A stretch of DNA of 64,000 nt from assembly GCA_043814965.1 (NCBI GenBank), contig JBDRJN010000006.1, positions 71,838 through 135,837 on the forward strand, given 5' to 3'. A program made the translations under genes and the position numbers. Source of the DNA: Candidatus Omnitrophota bacterium. Its GTDB lineage: Bacteria > Omnitrophota > Gorgyraeia > Gorgyraeales > Gorgyraeaceae. The notes beneath the pieces were generated by a model. That model did no database searches and was not told the DNA's origin. It worked only from the letters and a program-made list of their open reading frames with translations. Shown one piece after another: positions 10,201 through 18,747 of the stretch; positions within the stretch are counted from its first letter, which is position 1; each line of letters begins with the position of its first letter.

Positions 10201-10829
10201 GGCCTATAATAATGACCACTATGACTACAGTATTAGGGCTTTTTCCTCTGGCGCTTGGGATATCAGAAGGGTCAGAGCTTCAGAGCCCTATGGCTATAAC
10301 GGTGATGGGAGGGCTTACTATATCGACTATACTTACACTTTTTGTCATACCCTGCATATATACACTTGTAGCAGACTTTATCTCATCAAGGGTCCTTAAA
10401 GTACAGCCAATAGCTGTGAGCGCAGTGGAAGAACCCGCAGTCTTAAGACCTGGTGAGATCAGGGCTATCATGATACCTCCGCCTAACTGGTTGGCAGCCA
10501 AACCCCCCAGAGAAGAAAAGATAGACGAGCCTATAGAGGAAAGAGAAGGACCTATGCAGGAAGAAGGGCCTGTTATCGGAGATGCAAAAGTCCCAAAAGA
10601 AATTATTGTAAAAGAAGGCTCTTTCCAATTGAATAGAAGGCAGAAAAAACTTCTGGAGCACCTGAAGACAGTGGATCATATTACACGTAAAGAATACGCG
10701 GTCCTTTTTAATATATCGATAGCAACTGCAGCGAGGGACCTGAAGGAATTGCTGGAGAATGGGTCTTTGACCGCGAGCGGCCCTCTTGGGCCTGGGCGCT
10801 GGTATGAATTAAAAATGGGTAACGGGTAA
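7233..10829 (+). CDS. RND (AcrB/MdtB-like) permease with a C-terminal winged-helix domain
   Basis: RND motifs GMLVDNAIVVIEN, ASQFES, GIVVNNGI, RLRPIIMT, PMAITVMGGL. After the last TM come a Pro/Glu-rich linker and LNRRQKKLLEHL...ITRKEY...FNISIATAARDLKELLENG...G.G..RWYEL. Confidence 0.92.
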   Translation: MSLPHFSVDKPVTTSMIFVGILLLGVISLTRLPQELFPSVNFPQLTIVTTYENAAPEEVETLITKIIEETVGTVGSIKRVSSISKEGVSIVTAEFNWGTNMDFASLGVREKIDLVKERLPLGSADPIVMKFNPFELPVVTLSVTGKHSPAELLRLSRKFIKDELEKVEGVASCSVNGGLEREILVSVDAGRLYASKIAITKIVDGLRSSNLNYPAGTIEEHFYEYLIRTMGEFKLIPEIQETIIGKDEEEDKGYMNPNREEAKTDIRASRLILLKDVAEIKDTFQEKTNISRYNGKENISVSVQKQASANTLRVADKVRDKLEDIKRDLPKGMDVTIIYDQSIFIKKSISGVMDAAVQGGMLAFIVLFVFLRNVKASFVVAFSMPVSIMVAFTLMYFNGITLNMLSLGGLALGIGMLVDNAIVVIENIYVHFNRTRDMKESSKFGASEMSANLFSSTLTTVAVFLPMVFVVGVAGQLFKELAFTVIFSLLASLLVALSLIPRLAAMGGSNPKKVKAISTANFTFGLGPIYNKFIPIVLRFRWLFLLFVMGIFVLSIGLFPFIDKEFMPKVDQREFIMRVNMPNGTRLNITDRVVKRVENILLETKELEGIAVTIGSSKSKGDSQSLEMMSSSQSQIIVALKKDRKLAHTSKVIERLKDQFDKLNLEGAEIEYILQESFFKSAMQGSAPIVIEIKGKNLENIEEVSKYIQENIANIGGIYGVRTSLSEPSPETKVNVIQDRAALYNLSTGVISQAAHAAIKGAVATKFKEEGKEIDIRVRLRNEDRSKLSNLRNILIHSPLDIEVPLSEVAYITQGVGPSEIKRLDQQRVILVTANLSERPLNKVIKDVEVLIKETEETMAEKINASKSAEKDITITLSGESQQMGESFSSLAFALMLSILLVYMIMASQFESLWQPFIIMFTMPLSLTGVFAILFITRTPISVVVMLGVIILGGIVVNNGIILIDCINALVKEGKTIMEAAIESGSARLRPIIMTTMTTVLGLFPLALGISEGSELQSPMAITVMGGLTISTILTLFVIPCIYTLVADFISSRVLKVQPIAVSAVEEPAVLRPGEIRAIMIPPPNWLAAKPPREEKIDEPIEEREGPMQEEGPVIGDAKVPKEIIVKEGSFQLNRRQKKLLEHLKTVDHITRKEYAVLFNISIATAARDLKELLENGSLTASGPLGPGRWYELKMGNG

Positions 10830-10838
10830 CCCGAACTT

Positions 10839-13800
10839 ATGAATCTATCAGAATTTTCAGTTAGAAGGCCAATAACTATTTTAATGCTTTTTGTTGCAGT
10901 AGTTCTCATAGGGGTAGTTTCTCTATCAAGGCTTCCTGTTGAACTTATGCCCAATATCTCCTATGGAGATATGAGTATTATTATAGCTGTCAGGGGCGGT
11001 ATGCCGCCAGAAGAAGTCGAGACGCTTGTTACAAAGCCGGTTGAAGAGGCTGTAAGTACTGTTAATTATCTGCAGAATATATACTCTACTTCCAAGGCCG
11101 GAGAATCAAGGGTATCTCTGGAGTTCGAACCTGGCACTGATATGAATTTTGCAGCCCTTGAAGTAAGAGAAAAATTTTCAAAGGTAAGAGATAAGCTCCC
11201 CAAAGAGATACAAAAACCTATAATAGCTCAATACAAGGAATCCGACAGGCCTGTCTATCTCTTGGCAGTCATGGGGGAGGGGTATACTCCTGAGGCTATG
11301 CGAAAGATCGTGGATGAGCAGTTCAAAGAAAGCCTCTTGCGTATAGAAGGGGTCGCGAACGTAGAAGTATATGGAGGAAGAGAAAGAAAGATCCTGGTCG
11401 ATATAAGGAAGAACAAGCTAAAACAATATAATATACCCATAGATCTTGTTGTCAATGCGCTTGGATCTAATAACTTGAATCTATTGGCAGGGGACATAGA
11501 GCAGGATTACAATAAATATCTGGTAAGGATAATAGGCGAATTTAAATCCTTGGATTATATAAAAAATATCGGTATCAGCGCTTCTCCGGAAGGCCATATT
11601 ATAAAACTCGGTGAAGTCGCGGACGTAAAGGACTCTTTTTTAGAACCTACCAGTTATGCCAGGACGGATATAGAACCAGTGGTATCCGTAAGTATACAGA
11701 AAGAATCCACCGCTAACACTATAGATGTGGTAGCCAATATAGAAAAACAACTTGGCATATTAAAAAGAGGCATCGATAAAAAGATAGTCATAAAGACCAC
11801 TCTTAATCAAGCTGTTACCATACAAGAGGCAATAAAATCAGTCCAGACATCTCTTTTGTACGGCGCTATGTTGGCAATAATGGTGCTTTTATTGTTTTTA
11901 AGGGACCCGCGCATTACTTCTATCATAGGGGTCACTATCCCCATATCAGTCATGGCTACTTTTATATTGATGTATTTCAACAAGATCACGATCAATGTCA
12001 TGACGCTGAGCGGCCTTGCGCTCGGCATAGGTATGCTCGTGGATAATTCTATAGTAGTGCTTGATAATGTTGACAAAAAAAGGCAGGACGTGGATTTCTC
12101 CAAACAAAACTGGAAGGAAGTATATACTGACGCGGTCATAACAGGTTCTTCAGAAGTAGGGCTTGCGATACTTGCTTCTACCATTACGACAATAGTCGTG
12201 TTTTTGCCATTTATATTTGTCAATAAAGAGACACAGATGCTTTGGGGAGGGCTTGCCCTGACAGTGACATTTTCACTCCTTAGTTCATTGTTTGTGTCCT
12301 TGACTATAGTGCCTATGCTTTCTGATAAGATAAAACACCCGCCCAAAAAACCAAAGAAGCCCAAAAAGAGCTTTTTAAAAAGCAGCATTTTCTTAAAAAT
12401 ACCTGTGTATTATAGAAAGGCCCTGGAATTGGGATTAGTGTACAGATATTTTATGGTATTGGGCGCATTTATAGTGTTGCTCCTTATGCTGTTTTTGGGC
12501 GCAGGCATAGACAAGGAATTTATGGCAGGCTCTGAAGAGGGCAGGTTCACTATGTTTGTAGAGCTTGAGCCAGGCGCAAAACTCGACGTGACAGACGAGA
12601 TGGTCAAGGAGATGGAACAGCTTATTACCAAGATACCCGAGATAAAGACATTTAGCGCAAGGATCGAACCTTGGTCCAGCAAGATATATGTCAAGCTTGT
12701 GCCTTTAGCCCAGAGGGAGCGCTCGACAAAGGTTGTTATCGATTATATAAGAGCTGAGGCAAAGGCAATAGAGCAAAAATATAAAGGAGGTTTCATATAT
12801 TTTTCTGAGATAGAAGAGAAAGGTTTAAAGGAAATAGTGCTGGACTTATATGGTTATGAATATGAGCCTCTAAAGGAAACAGCTGTCTCTATCGCTACAA
12901 GGCTTGGGGCTGTCGAGGGATTTCAGGATATAAGGATGTCCAGGATAAGCGGCAGGCCTGAATGGGCGATAGAAGTTGACAGAGAAAAAGCAGCTATTTT
13001 TGGGCTTACTGTAAAAGATGTGGCGGATACTATCCACTCAGAGATGAGAGGGTTAAGGGCGACATTATTTCATACCGAGTCGAGAGAGATAGAGACAGTT
13101 TCTCGTTTGATAAAAGAAGACAGAGCGAGGTTAGATGACCTTAAAAAACTCCCTATTTTCGCGAAGAACGGAAACCCGATATTGCTGGAACAGGTAGCGA
13201 GCTTTACTCCGCAGATAGGTTCCAGCGAGATAGTAAGAAAAAACAAGATGAGAGTAGTGCATATAACTTCCATGATCACGAATATGTCACTTATCACAGC
13301 AGTTAGTAAGGTAAGAGAAGCCCTGAAGGACATGGAGTTCCCGACAGATTATTATTACAGGATAGGAGGGAGTTTTGAGAGGGACCAGAGGAATGAGAAA
13401 GAGTTGTGGGCTTTTCCGACCGGTGTATTATGGATAACTTTGTTTTTGGTCTATCTTGTCCTTGCCTCGCTTTTTGAATCTTATATCCAGCCTTTTATTA
13501 TCATGATATCTGTACCGCTCGCTATTATAGGAATAATACTTGCATTGAAGATATCCCATAAGCCTATCAGCAGGGGTGTAATAATAGGCGCTATAATGCT
13601 GGCAGGTATTGTCGTCAATAATGCGATCGTCCTCGTGGACAGGATAAATTTTTTACGTAAACAAAAAGGATCTACGGAAGAAGATGAGGCAGAGGATCTA
13701 TGGAATTCTCTTATTACTGCAGGAGAAGACCGATTAAGGCCGATAGCAATGACTACTGCTACTACTATATTGGGGCTTGTCCCAATGGCGCTTGATAAGA

Positions 13801-14018
13801 GTGAATCCGCAAATCTCTGGGCGCCGCTTGCGATCACTGTGATAGGGGGCATGACTTCTTCGACCTTGCTCACCTTGTTTGTAGTACCAGGTATATATCT
13901 TATATTCGAAGATGTGAAGAATATAGTACTTAAACCAAAAGAGTTAATATTATTTGTCCAAAATAAAATATATGGTATAATAAATAGAAAGACTACTTAT
14001 GATACAGATAGATTATAG
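10839..14018 (+). CDS. Second RND (AcrB/MdtC-like) permease
   Basis: GMLVDNSIVVLDN, LASLFES, GIVVNNAIVLVD, RLRPIAMT, APLAITVIGG. Paralog of the upstream RND gene. Confidence 0.93.
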   Translation: MNLSEFSVRRPITILMLFVAVVLIGVVSLSRLPVELMPNISYGDMSIIIAVRGGMPPEEVETLVTKPVEEAVSTVNYLQNIYSTSKAGESRVSLEFEPGTDMNFAALEVREKFSKVRDKLPKEIQKPIIAQYKESDRPVYLLAVMGEGYTPEAMRKIVDEQFKESLLRIEGVANVEVYGGRERKILVDIRKNKLKQYNIPIDLVVNALGSNNLNLLAGDIEQDYNKYLVRIIGEFKSLDYIKNIGISASPEGHIIKLGEVADVKDSFLEPTSYARTDIEPVVSVSIQKESTANTIDVVANIEKQLGILKRGIDKKIVIKTTLNQAVTIQEAIKSVQTSLLYGAMLAIMVLLLFLRDPRITSIIGVTIPISVMATFILMYFNKITINVMTLSGLALGIGMLVDNSIVVLDNVDKKRQDVDFSKQNWKEVYTDAVITGSSEVGLAILASTITTIVVFLPFIFVNKETQMLWGGLALTVTFSLLSSLFVSLTIVPMLSDKIKHPPKKPKKPKKSFLKSSIFLKIPVYYRKALELGLVYRYFMVLGAFIVLLLMLFLGAGIDKEFMAGSEEGRFTMFVELEPGAKLDVTDEMVKEMEQLITKIPEIKTFSARIEPWSSKIYVKLVPLAQRERSTKVVIDYIRAEAKAIEQKYKGGFIYFSEIEEKGLKEIVLDLYGYEYEPLKETAVSIATRLGAVEGFQDIRMSRISGRPEWAIEVDREKAAIFGLTVKDVADTIHSEMRGLRATLFHTESREIETVSRLIKEDRARLDDLKKLPIFAKNGNPILLEQVASFTPQIGSSEIVRKNKMRVVHITSMITNMSLITAVSKVREALKDMEFPTDYYYRIGGSFERDQRNEKELWAFPTGVLWITLFLVYLVLASLFESYIQPFIIMISVPLAIIGIILALKISHKPISRGVIIGAIMLAGIVVNNAIVLVDRINFLRKQKGSTEEDEAEDLWNSLITAGEDRLRPIAMTTATTILGLVPMALDKSESANLWAPLAITVIGGMTSSTLLTLFVVPGIYLIFEDVKNIVLKPKELILFVQNKIYGIINRKTTYDTDRL

Positions 14019-14042
14019 GGTGTCTTTCAAATGAGGTAAAAT

Positions 14043-15788
14043 ATGGATAAAAGCGTTCGTACGATCCTGACTATTCTTATAGTACTTGTGATCCTGAGCA
14101 GTTTTAGTACAGCATGGTTTTTTCTTGCCAAAGAGAGAATTTACACGGATTATCTCAGCCTGGAGAATCTTTTTAAGACGAGTGTGGAGAGGCTTAATAG
14201 AAAGCTTACTGCTTCAAACAGGAATAATAAATCTCTAGCTGCAAAATTGGAGATGGTCTCAAGAGAACTTGAATCCTTGGAGAGAAAAAACAATTCCATG
14301 GCCAGCCAATACGATAGCTTATTAAGAGAAAAAGATGAGCTAAAGAGGGAAGTCGCAAGGGTTCAAAAAGGCAAATTTTTCCTGGATAAGAGAGTAAGGA
14401 GTATGGAATCAGATGAATTTATGGCAAGGCTATTAAAAGATAAGGCTTCGCTGGAAGTCGAGGTGAATGGCTTGAAAAATATGGCCGGGCCAAAGGATAT
14501 GGAGGTAGAGAAGCTCAGGGCACAGAATACTGATCTCGGGATGAAGATAGCCAGGCTTGAAAAAGAAGCGATTTTATTGGAGGGCAGGTTAAGGGATTCA
14601 GGAGAAGTCGCGGAGGCTTTAAGCAGGGACCTTTTAAAAGAAAAAGACAAGGCTAGTTCAAAGAATTTTGATATAGAAAATCTGATGAATGAAAACAGGT
14701 TATTGACGGCAAAGCTGGACCAGAATGAAAAGGTCTATGGAAAGGCCGGCAGGGCCATAGAAGAAAACGATGATCTAAGATTAAGGCTCGCAAAACTCAA
14801 AGAAGAGCTTGAGGATAAAGAAAGGGTCAGCGAACGCCTGTTGAGGTCTAAGGACGAGGAGCTAAAGAGGGTTTCAAAAGAACTTGATATCGTTGCCAGA
14901 GAGAAAGAAGATATCTCAATGACATTGTTTGCATTACAAAAAGACTTGAATACAAAAGATACAGAGATAGCTAAGTTGAATCGGTCGCTCTCAGATAAAT
15001 TCGATACTAAAAAAGAACTCAAAGAGACATCCGAGAGGATAAACAGCCTCCTGTCAGAACGAGAAGATATGAGGCTTAGGATGTATGCGCTGGAGAAAGA
15101 CCTGGAGACAAAGGACAAGGTAAAAAGCAGTTTATTGAAAGGCCAGGCCGCAGGTGTAAAGAATTTTGATAATATCATACAGGAAAATGAAAGTCTTAGG
15201 TCGCATATAGCAAAACTGGAAAAGGACCTTAAGGGCCAGGATAGGCTTAGAAAAAAACTGGTCAAGATGAAGGCGGAAGAGCTTGATGAGGTTTCGAGAA
15301 AATATAGCAGCCTCCTTAATGAGAGGGAAGATCTCAGGATAAAGCTCGTCAAGCTGGAAAAATATCTGAATTCCAAGAATATAGAGCTTGGCGGGTTGAG
15401 TTCTATGCTGGCAAGTAATACGGATCACAGCACACCTTATAGGGCAGAGGCATATCATACACTGAAAGAAGTCGATCTTCCTCCGATAGTATTACAGAGA
15501 GAAGGAGAGAGCAGCGCAACCAGTGGTATTACTGGTGCCAGGATAGCGTCGGGCTCTGAGAGCAGGGCAAGAGTAGTCACTATAAATAGAGAACATAAGT
15601 TTGTAGTCATAGATATAGGCCAGGAATACAATGTCGATGTAGGAGATAGATTCAGTGTTTATAGAGGGGATGATATAATAGGACTTGTAGAAGTGATACA
15701 AGCTAGAAAGAAGATAGCAGCTTGTGACATAAAAGATGAAAAGAGCGGATTCACCATAGAATCCGGAGATATCGTCAAAAAGAGATAG
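14043..15788 (+). CDS. Membrane-anchored long coiled-coil protein with a C-terminal small beta-barrel (FlgT-C-like) domain
   Basis: N-terminal TM, about 430 aa of heptad-rich helix, and C-terminal RARVVTINREHKFVVIDIG...VGDRFSVYR...IGLVEV. Confidence 0.7.
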   Translation: MDKSVRTILTILIVLVILSSFSTAWFFLAKERIYTDYLSLENLFKTSVERLNRKLTASNRNNKSLAAKLEMVSRELESLERKNNSMASQYDSLLREKDELKREVARVQKGKFFLDKRVRSMESDEFMARLLKDKASLEVEVNGLKNMAGPKDMEVEKLRAQNTDLGMKIARLEKEAILLEGRLRDSGEVAEALSRDLLKEKDKASSKNFDIENLMNENRLLTAKLDQNEKVYGKAGRAIEENDDLRLRLAKLKEELEDKERVSERLLRSKDEELKRVSKELDIVAREKEDISMTLFALQKDLNTKDTEIAKLNRSLSDKFDTKKELKETSERINSLLSEREDMRLRMYALEKDLETKDKVKSSLLKGQAAGVKNFDNIIQENESLRSHIAKLEKDLKGQDRLRKKLVKMKAEELDEVSRKYSSLLNEREDLRIKLVKLEKYLNSKNIELGGLSSMLASNTDHSTPYRAEAYHTLKEVDLPPIVLQREGESSATSGITGARIASGSESRARVVTINREHKFVVIDIGQEYNVDVGDRFSVYRGDDIIGLVEVIQARKKIAACDIKDEKSGFTIESGDIVKKR

Positions 15789-15883
15789 GACCTTTTCTAG
15801 ATACTGCCATTCCTTTAAATAAAATAATCAATTCTAAAATTGTTTTTTACACTTAGAAGATTTTTTGCTACAATGTAAGCTAT

Positions 15884-16891
15884 ATGAGAATAGGCATAAC
15901 TGGTTCGCCTCAAAGCGGAAAGACATCTATATTTAAAATATTATTAGGCAATCTGGATATATCCAGCAGTATAGGAGTGTTTAGGCCTACTGATAAGAGG
16001 ATAGAAAGATTAGTAGAGATATACAATTCTAAGAAAAAGACATACCCTGAACTTACATTTATAGAAGTAGGATCCGCAGGAAACCTTACAAAGAAAGACC
16101 TATCCAATCTGGGAGACCTTGATTTATTTATATGTGTTGTAGGGAGTTTTTTTAGCCAGGACCCGAAGAAGGATTTTGATAGCATCTTGACGGATCTCAT
16201 ATTACATGACCTCGAGGTAATACAAAATAGACTGGCTAGATTAGAAAAAGAAAGGTCCAGAGTAAATGCTGACAAAGAAAAGGCATTGTTGGAGAAGTAT
16301 CAATCCTGCCTGTCAGATGGCGATCTGATCAGCAGTGCAGCCTCTAGCGATACCGAGCCTACTTTGCTTTCAGGGCTTTCATTCTTGACCAGTATACCTA
16401 TTATACTGGCTATAAACAGCCAGGAAGAAGAACTTGATATCTTAGACGAAAGATTAAAGCCCTTAAAAGAGCTTTCTTCTTCCAAGAATATACCGTGTGT
16501 TATTTTTTTCGGCAAAGAGGAATTGGACCTATTGGGTATAGAAGAAAAGGAAAGAGCAAGATTTTTAAAAGACCTGGGGAATAGCTATAATTTCAGGGAA
16601 GACATATCTAGGCTGATATTCGAGAAGATGGATCTGGTAACATTTTTTACAGCAGGAGAAAAAGAAGTAAGGGGTTGGCACCTTAGAAAAGGGCTGCCTA
16701 TTATAGAGGCAGCCGGGAAAATACATTCTGATATCAAAAGAGGTTTTATACGCGCAGAGGTAATAAGTTTTGATGATTTTGTCGCGCATGGTTCTATGCA
16801 TGCTGCCAAAGAAAAAGGGGTTCTGAGGTTAGAAGGCAAGGAATATATAGTAAAAGACGGGGATATCATAGATATTAGGTTTAATGTGTAA
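15884..16891 (+). CDS. ychF: YchF-like ATPase (DUF933/TGS C-terminus) with divergent N-terminal motifs
   Basis: FFTAGEKEVRGW...AAGKIHSDIKRGFIRAEV...LRLEGKEYIVKDGDIIDIRFNV. P-loop GSPQSGKT. Confidence 0.85.
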   Translation: MRIGITGSPQSGKTSIFKILLGNLDISSSIGVFRPTDKRIERLVEIYNSKKKTYPELTFIEVGSAGNLTKKDLSNLGDLDLFICVVGSFFSQDPKKDFDSILTDLILHDLEVIQNRLARLEKERSRVNADKEKALLEKYQSCLSDGDLISSAASSDTEPTLLSGLSFLTSIPIILAINSQEEELDILDERLKPLKELSSSKNIPCVIFFGKEELDLLGIEEKERARFLKDLGNSYNFREDISRLIFEKMDLVTFFTAGEKEVRGWHLRKGLPIIEAAGKIHSDIKRGFIRAEVISFDDFVAHGSMHAAKEKGVLRLEGKEYIVKDGDIIDIRFNV

Positions 16892-16935
16892 AATTAAAAA
16901 TTAAACATTAAAATGTAAAAATAGGGGAGGGCAAT

Positions 16936-18513
16936 ATGCGGCAAGTAAAGAGGGCGCTTATCAGCGTATCTGACAAGACAGGGCTTGATGATTTTGTAAA
17001 AGGATTAGGTGAATTAGGAGTAGAGATACTTTCCACAGGCGGTACAGCAAAGCGCATAAAAGAACTTGGTATCAACGTAAAGTCTGTCTCGGATCATACT
17101 GGTTTTCCAGAGATGCTGGACGGCAGGGTAAAGACATTGCATCCAAAGATACATGGCGGGCTTCTGGCCTTGAGAGAAAAAAAAGACCACATGGAACAGG
17201 TCGCAAAACATGATATAGGCCTGATAGACATGGTGGTAGTAAATCTTTATCCATTCGAGAAGACCGTTGCCAAAGAAGGCGTGAAATTCGAAGAGGCTAT
17301 TGAAAATATAGATATAGGCGGGCCGAGCATGCTTCGCTCAGCTGCAAAGAATTTTAAAGATGTAGCGGTGATATGCAATCCCTCCAGCTATAAAGAGGTA
17401 TTGGATGAACTTAAGAAAAACGGCAGCTCTATCTCTAAAGAGCTTCATTCAAAATTGGCAGTTGAAGTATTTGAGAAGACCTCAAAGTATGATACAGCTA
17501 TATATAATTACCTAAAAGAGAAATTAGGGCCTCAAGACACAAGTCGCGTGTCACAAGCGGCAGATTTTCCAGATAACATGGAATTGAAATTTGAGAAAGT
17601 GCAATCTTTGCGATATGGAGAGAACCCGCATCAAAAGGCCTGTTTTTATAAGGATAAGTCTATAAATGCTGTCGGTATAAGCAACGCAAAGCAGCTTCAT
17701 GGAAAAGAGTTATCATTCAATAATATAATAGACCTTGATAGCGCGCTTGAGATAGTAAAGCCGTTCAAAGAACCTGCTGCAAGTGTGATAAAGCACACAA
17801 ATCCCTGCGGCGCTGCTTCTGGAGAGACGCTCGCGAAGGCCTATATAGATGCGCTGGATTGCGATAGGGTCTCGGCTTTTGGAAGTATCGTAGGCTTAAA
17901 TAAGATCGTAGACAAAGATACAGCAGAGGCTATTGCCTCAGCTGGTTTCACCGAATGCGTAATAGCGCCGGGTTATGACAAGGAAGCCCTCAGCATCTTA
18001 ACTGCAAAAAAGAATCTGCGTCTTATAGAGGTGGGAGAGTTAAAAGGTATTGAGAAGGACTATGACCTCAAAAAAGTCGTAGGAGGGCTTTTGATCCAGG
18101 ATAGGGATATACTGGGAATAGATGAAAAAGACCTAAAGGTTGTAACAAAGAAAAGCCCTACCAAGGAAGAACTTGCTTCTTTAATATTTGGATGGAAGGT
18201 CATAAAACATGTAAAGAGCAATGCTATTTTATTGAGCCAGGGCACAAAGGCTGTTGGTGTCGGCGCAGGACAGATGTCGAGGGTCGACTCAATGATCATA
18301 GCTATACGTAAGTCAGGCGCAAGGTGCAAAGGCTCGACTTGTGCGAGTGACGCATTTTTTCCAAAAGAAGATGCGATAATCGAGGCAAAAAAAGCAGGCA
18401 TTACCAGCATTATACAACCGGGCGGTTCTATAAAGGATGAGGATGTAATAAAGGCATGCGATGATGCTGGCATAAGCATGGTATTTACAGGCAGACGACA
18501 CTTCAAGCATTGA
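16936..18513 (+). CDS. purH: Bifunctional AICAR transformylase/IMP cyclohydrolase
   Basis: RALISVSDKTG, GRVKTLHP, IDIGGPSM, LRYGENPHQ, SDAFFP, RHFKH. Confidence 0.98.
   Translation: MRQVKRALISVSDKTGLDDFVKGLGELGVEILSTGGTAKRIKELGINVKSVSDHTGFPEMLDGRVKTLHPKIHGGLLALREKKDHMEQVAKHDIGLIDMVVVNLYPFEKTVAKEGVKFEEAIENIDIGGPSMLRSAAKNFKDVAVICNPSSYKEVLDELKKNGSSISKELHSKLAVEVFEKTSKYDTAIYNYLKEKLGPQDTSRVSQAADFPDNMELKFEKVQSLRYGENPHQKACFYKDKSINAVGISNAKQLHGKELSFNNIIDLDSALEIVKPFKEPAASVIKHTNPCGAASGETLAKAYIDALDCDRVSAFGSIVGLNKIVDKDTAEAIASAGFTECVIAPGYDKEALSILTAKKNLRLIEVGELKGIEKDYDLKKVVGGLLIQDRDILGIDEKDLKVVTKKSPTKEELASLIFGWKVIKHVKSNAILLSQGTKAVGVGAGQMSRVDSMIIAIRKSGARCKGSTCASDAFFPKEDAIIEAKKAGITSIIQPGGSIKDEDVIKACDDAGISMVFTGRRHFKH
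17531..17558 (+). repeat. Degenerate 7-bp-periodic repeat in the purH interdomain linker
   Basis: CTCAAGA CACAAGT CGCGTGT CACAAGC, encoding PQDTSRVSQA. Confidence 0.5.
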
Positions 18514-18741
18514 TAATAGAAGGCGGGGTTACTCACTCATATGAAAATTTCCCCCGAAACTTCGGGGTTGCCTTTTATTCAGCATTTTTCGGGGCTTAAA
18601 AAACTAGGCACCGCAAAATCTGACGCGGTGCCGTCAAACAGTTTTAAGCCTTTTGGCCTCATAGAATGGGGCGTAGAAACCGAAAAATTCTTCATAAAAG
18701 TCTAAATTTTCAAATTCGTTCGTAATCCCCGCCTCCTATTA
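18514..18741. mobile_element. MITE-like fold-back element (about 230 bp)
   Basis: Terminal IR TAATAGAAGGCGGGGTTAC / GTAATCCCCGCCTCCTATTA. Nested stems GAAAATTT/AAATTTTC, TTTTCGG/CCGAAAA, GGCTTAAAA/TTTTAAGCC and GGCACCGC/GCGGTGCC. No ORF. Confidence 0.6.
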
Positions 18742-18747
18742 TTATTT

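Noticed and set aside
7382-15701. Many antisense ORFs (up to 286 aa) opposite the RND and coiled-coil genes
   Set aside because: Shadow ORFs from codon bias: Ser/Ile/Phe-rich, with no RBS or recognisable motifs. The same applies to antisense ORFs elsewhere in the window.
16892-16935. ZTP (pfl) riboswitch upstream of purH
   Set aside because: The gap is 44 bp, AT-rich, and has no structure or consensus.
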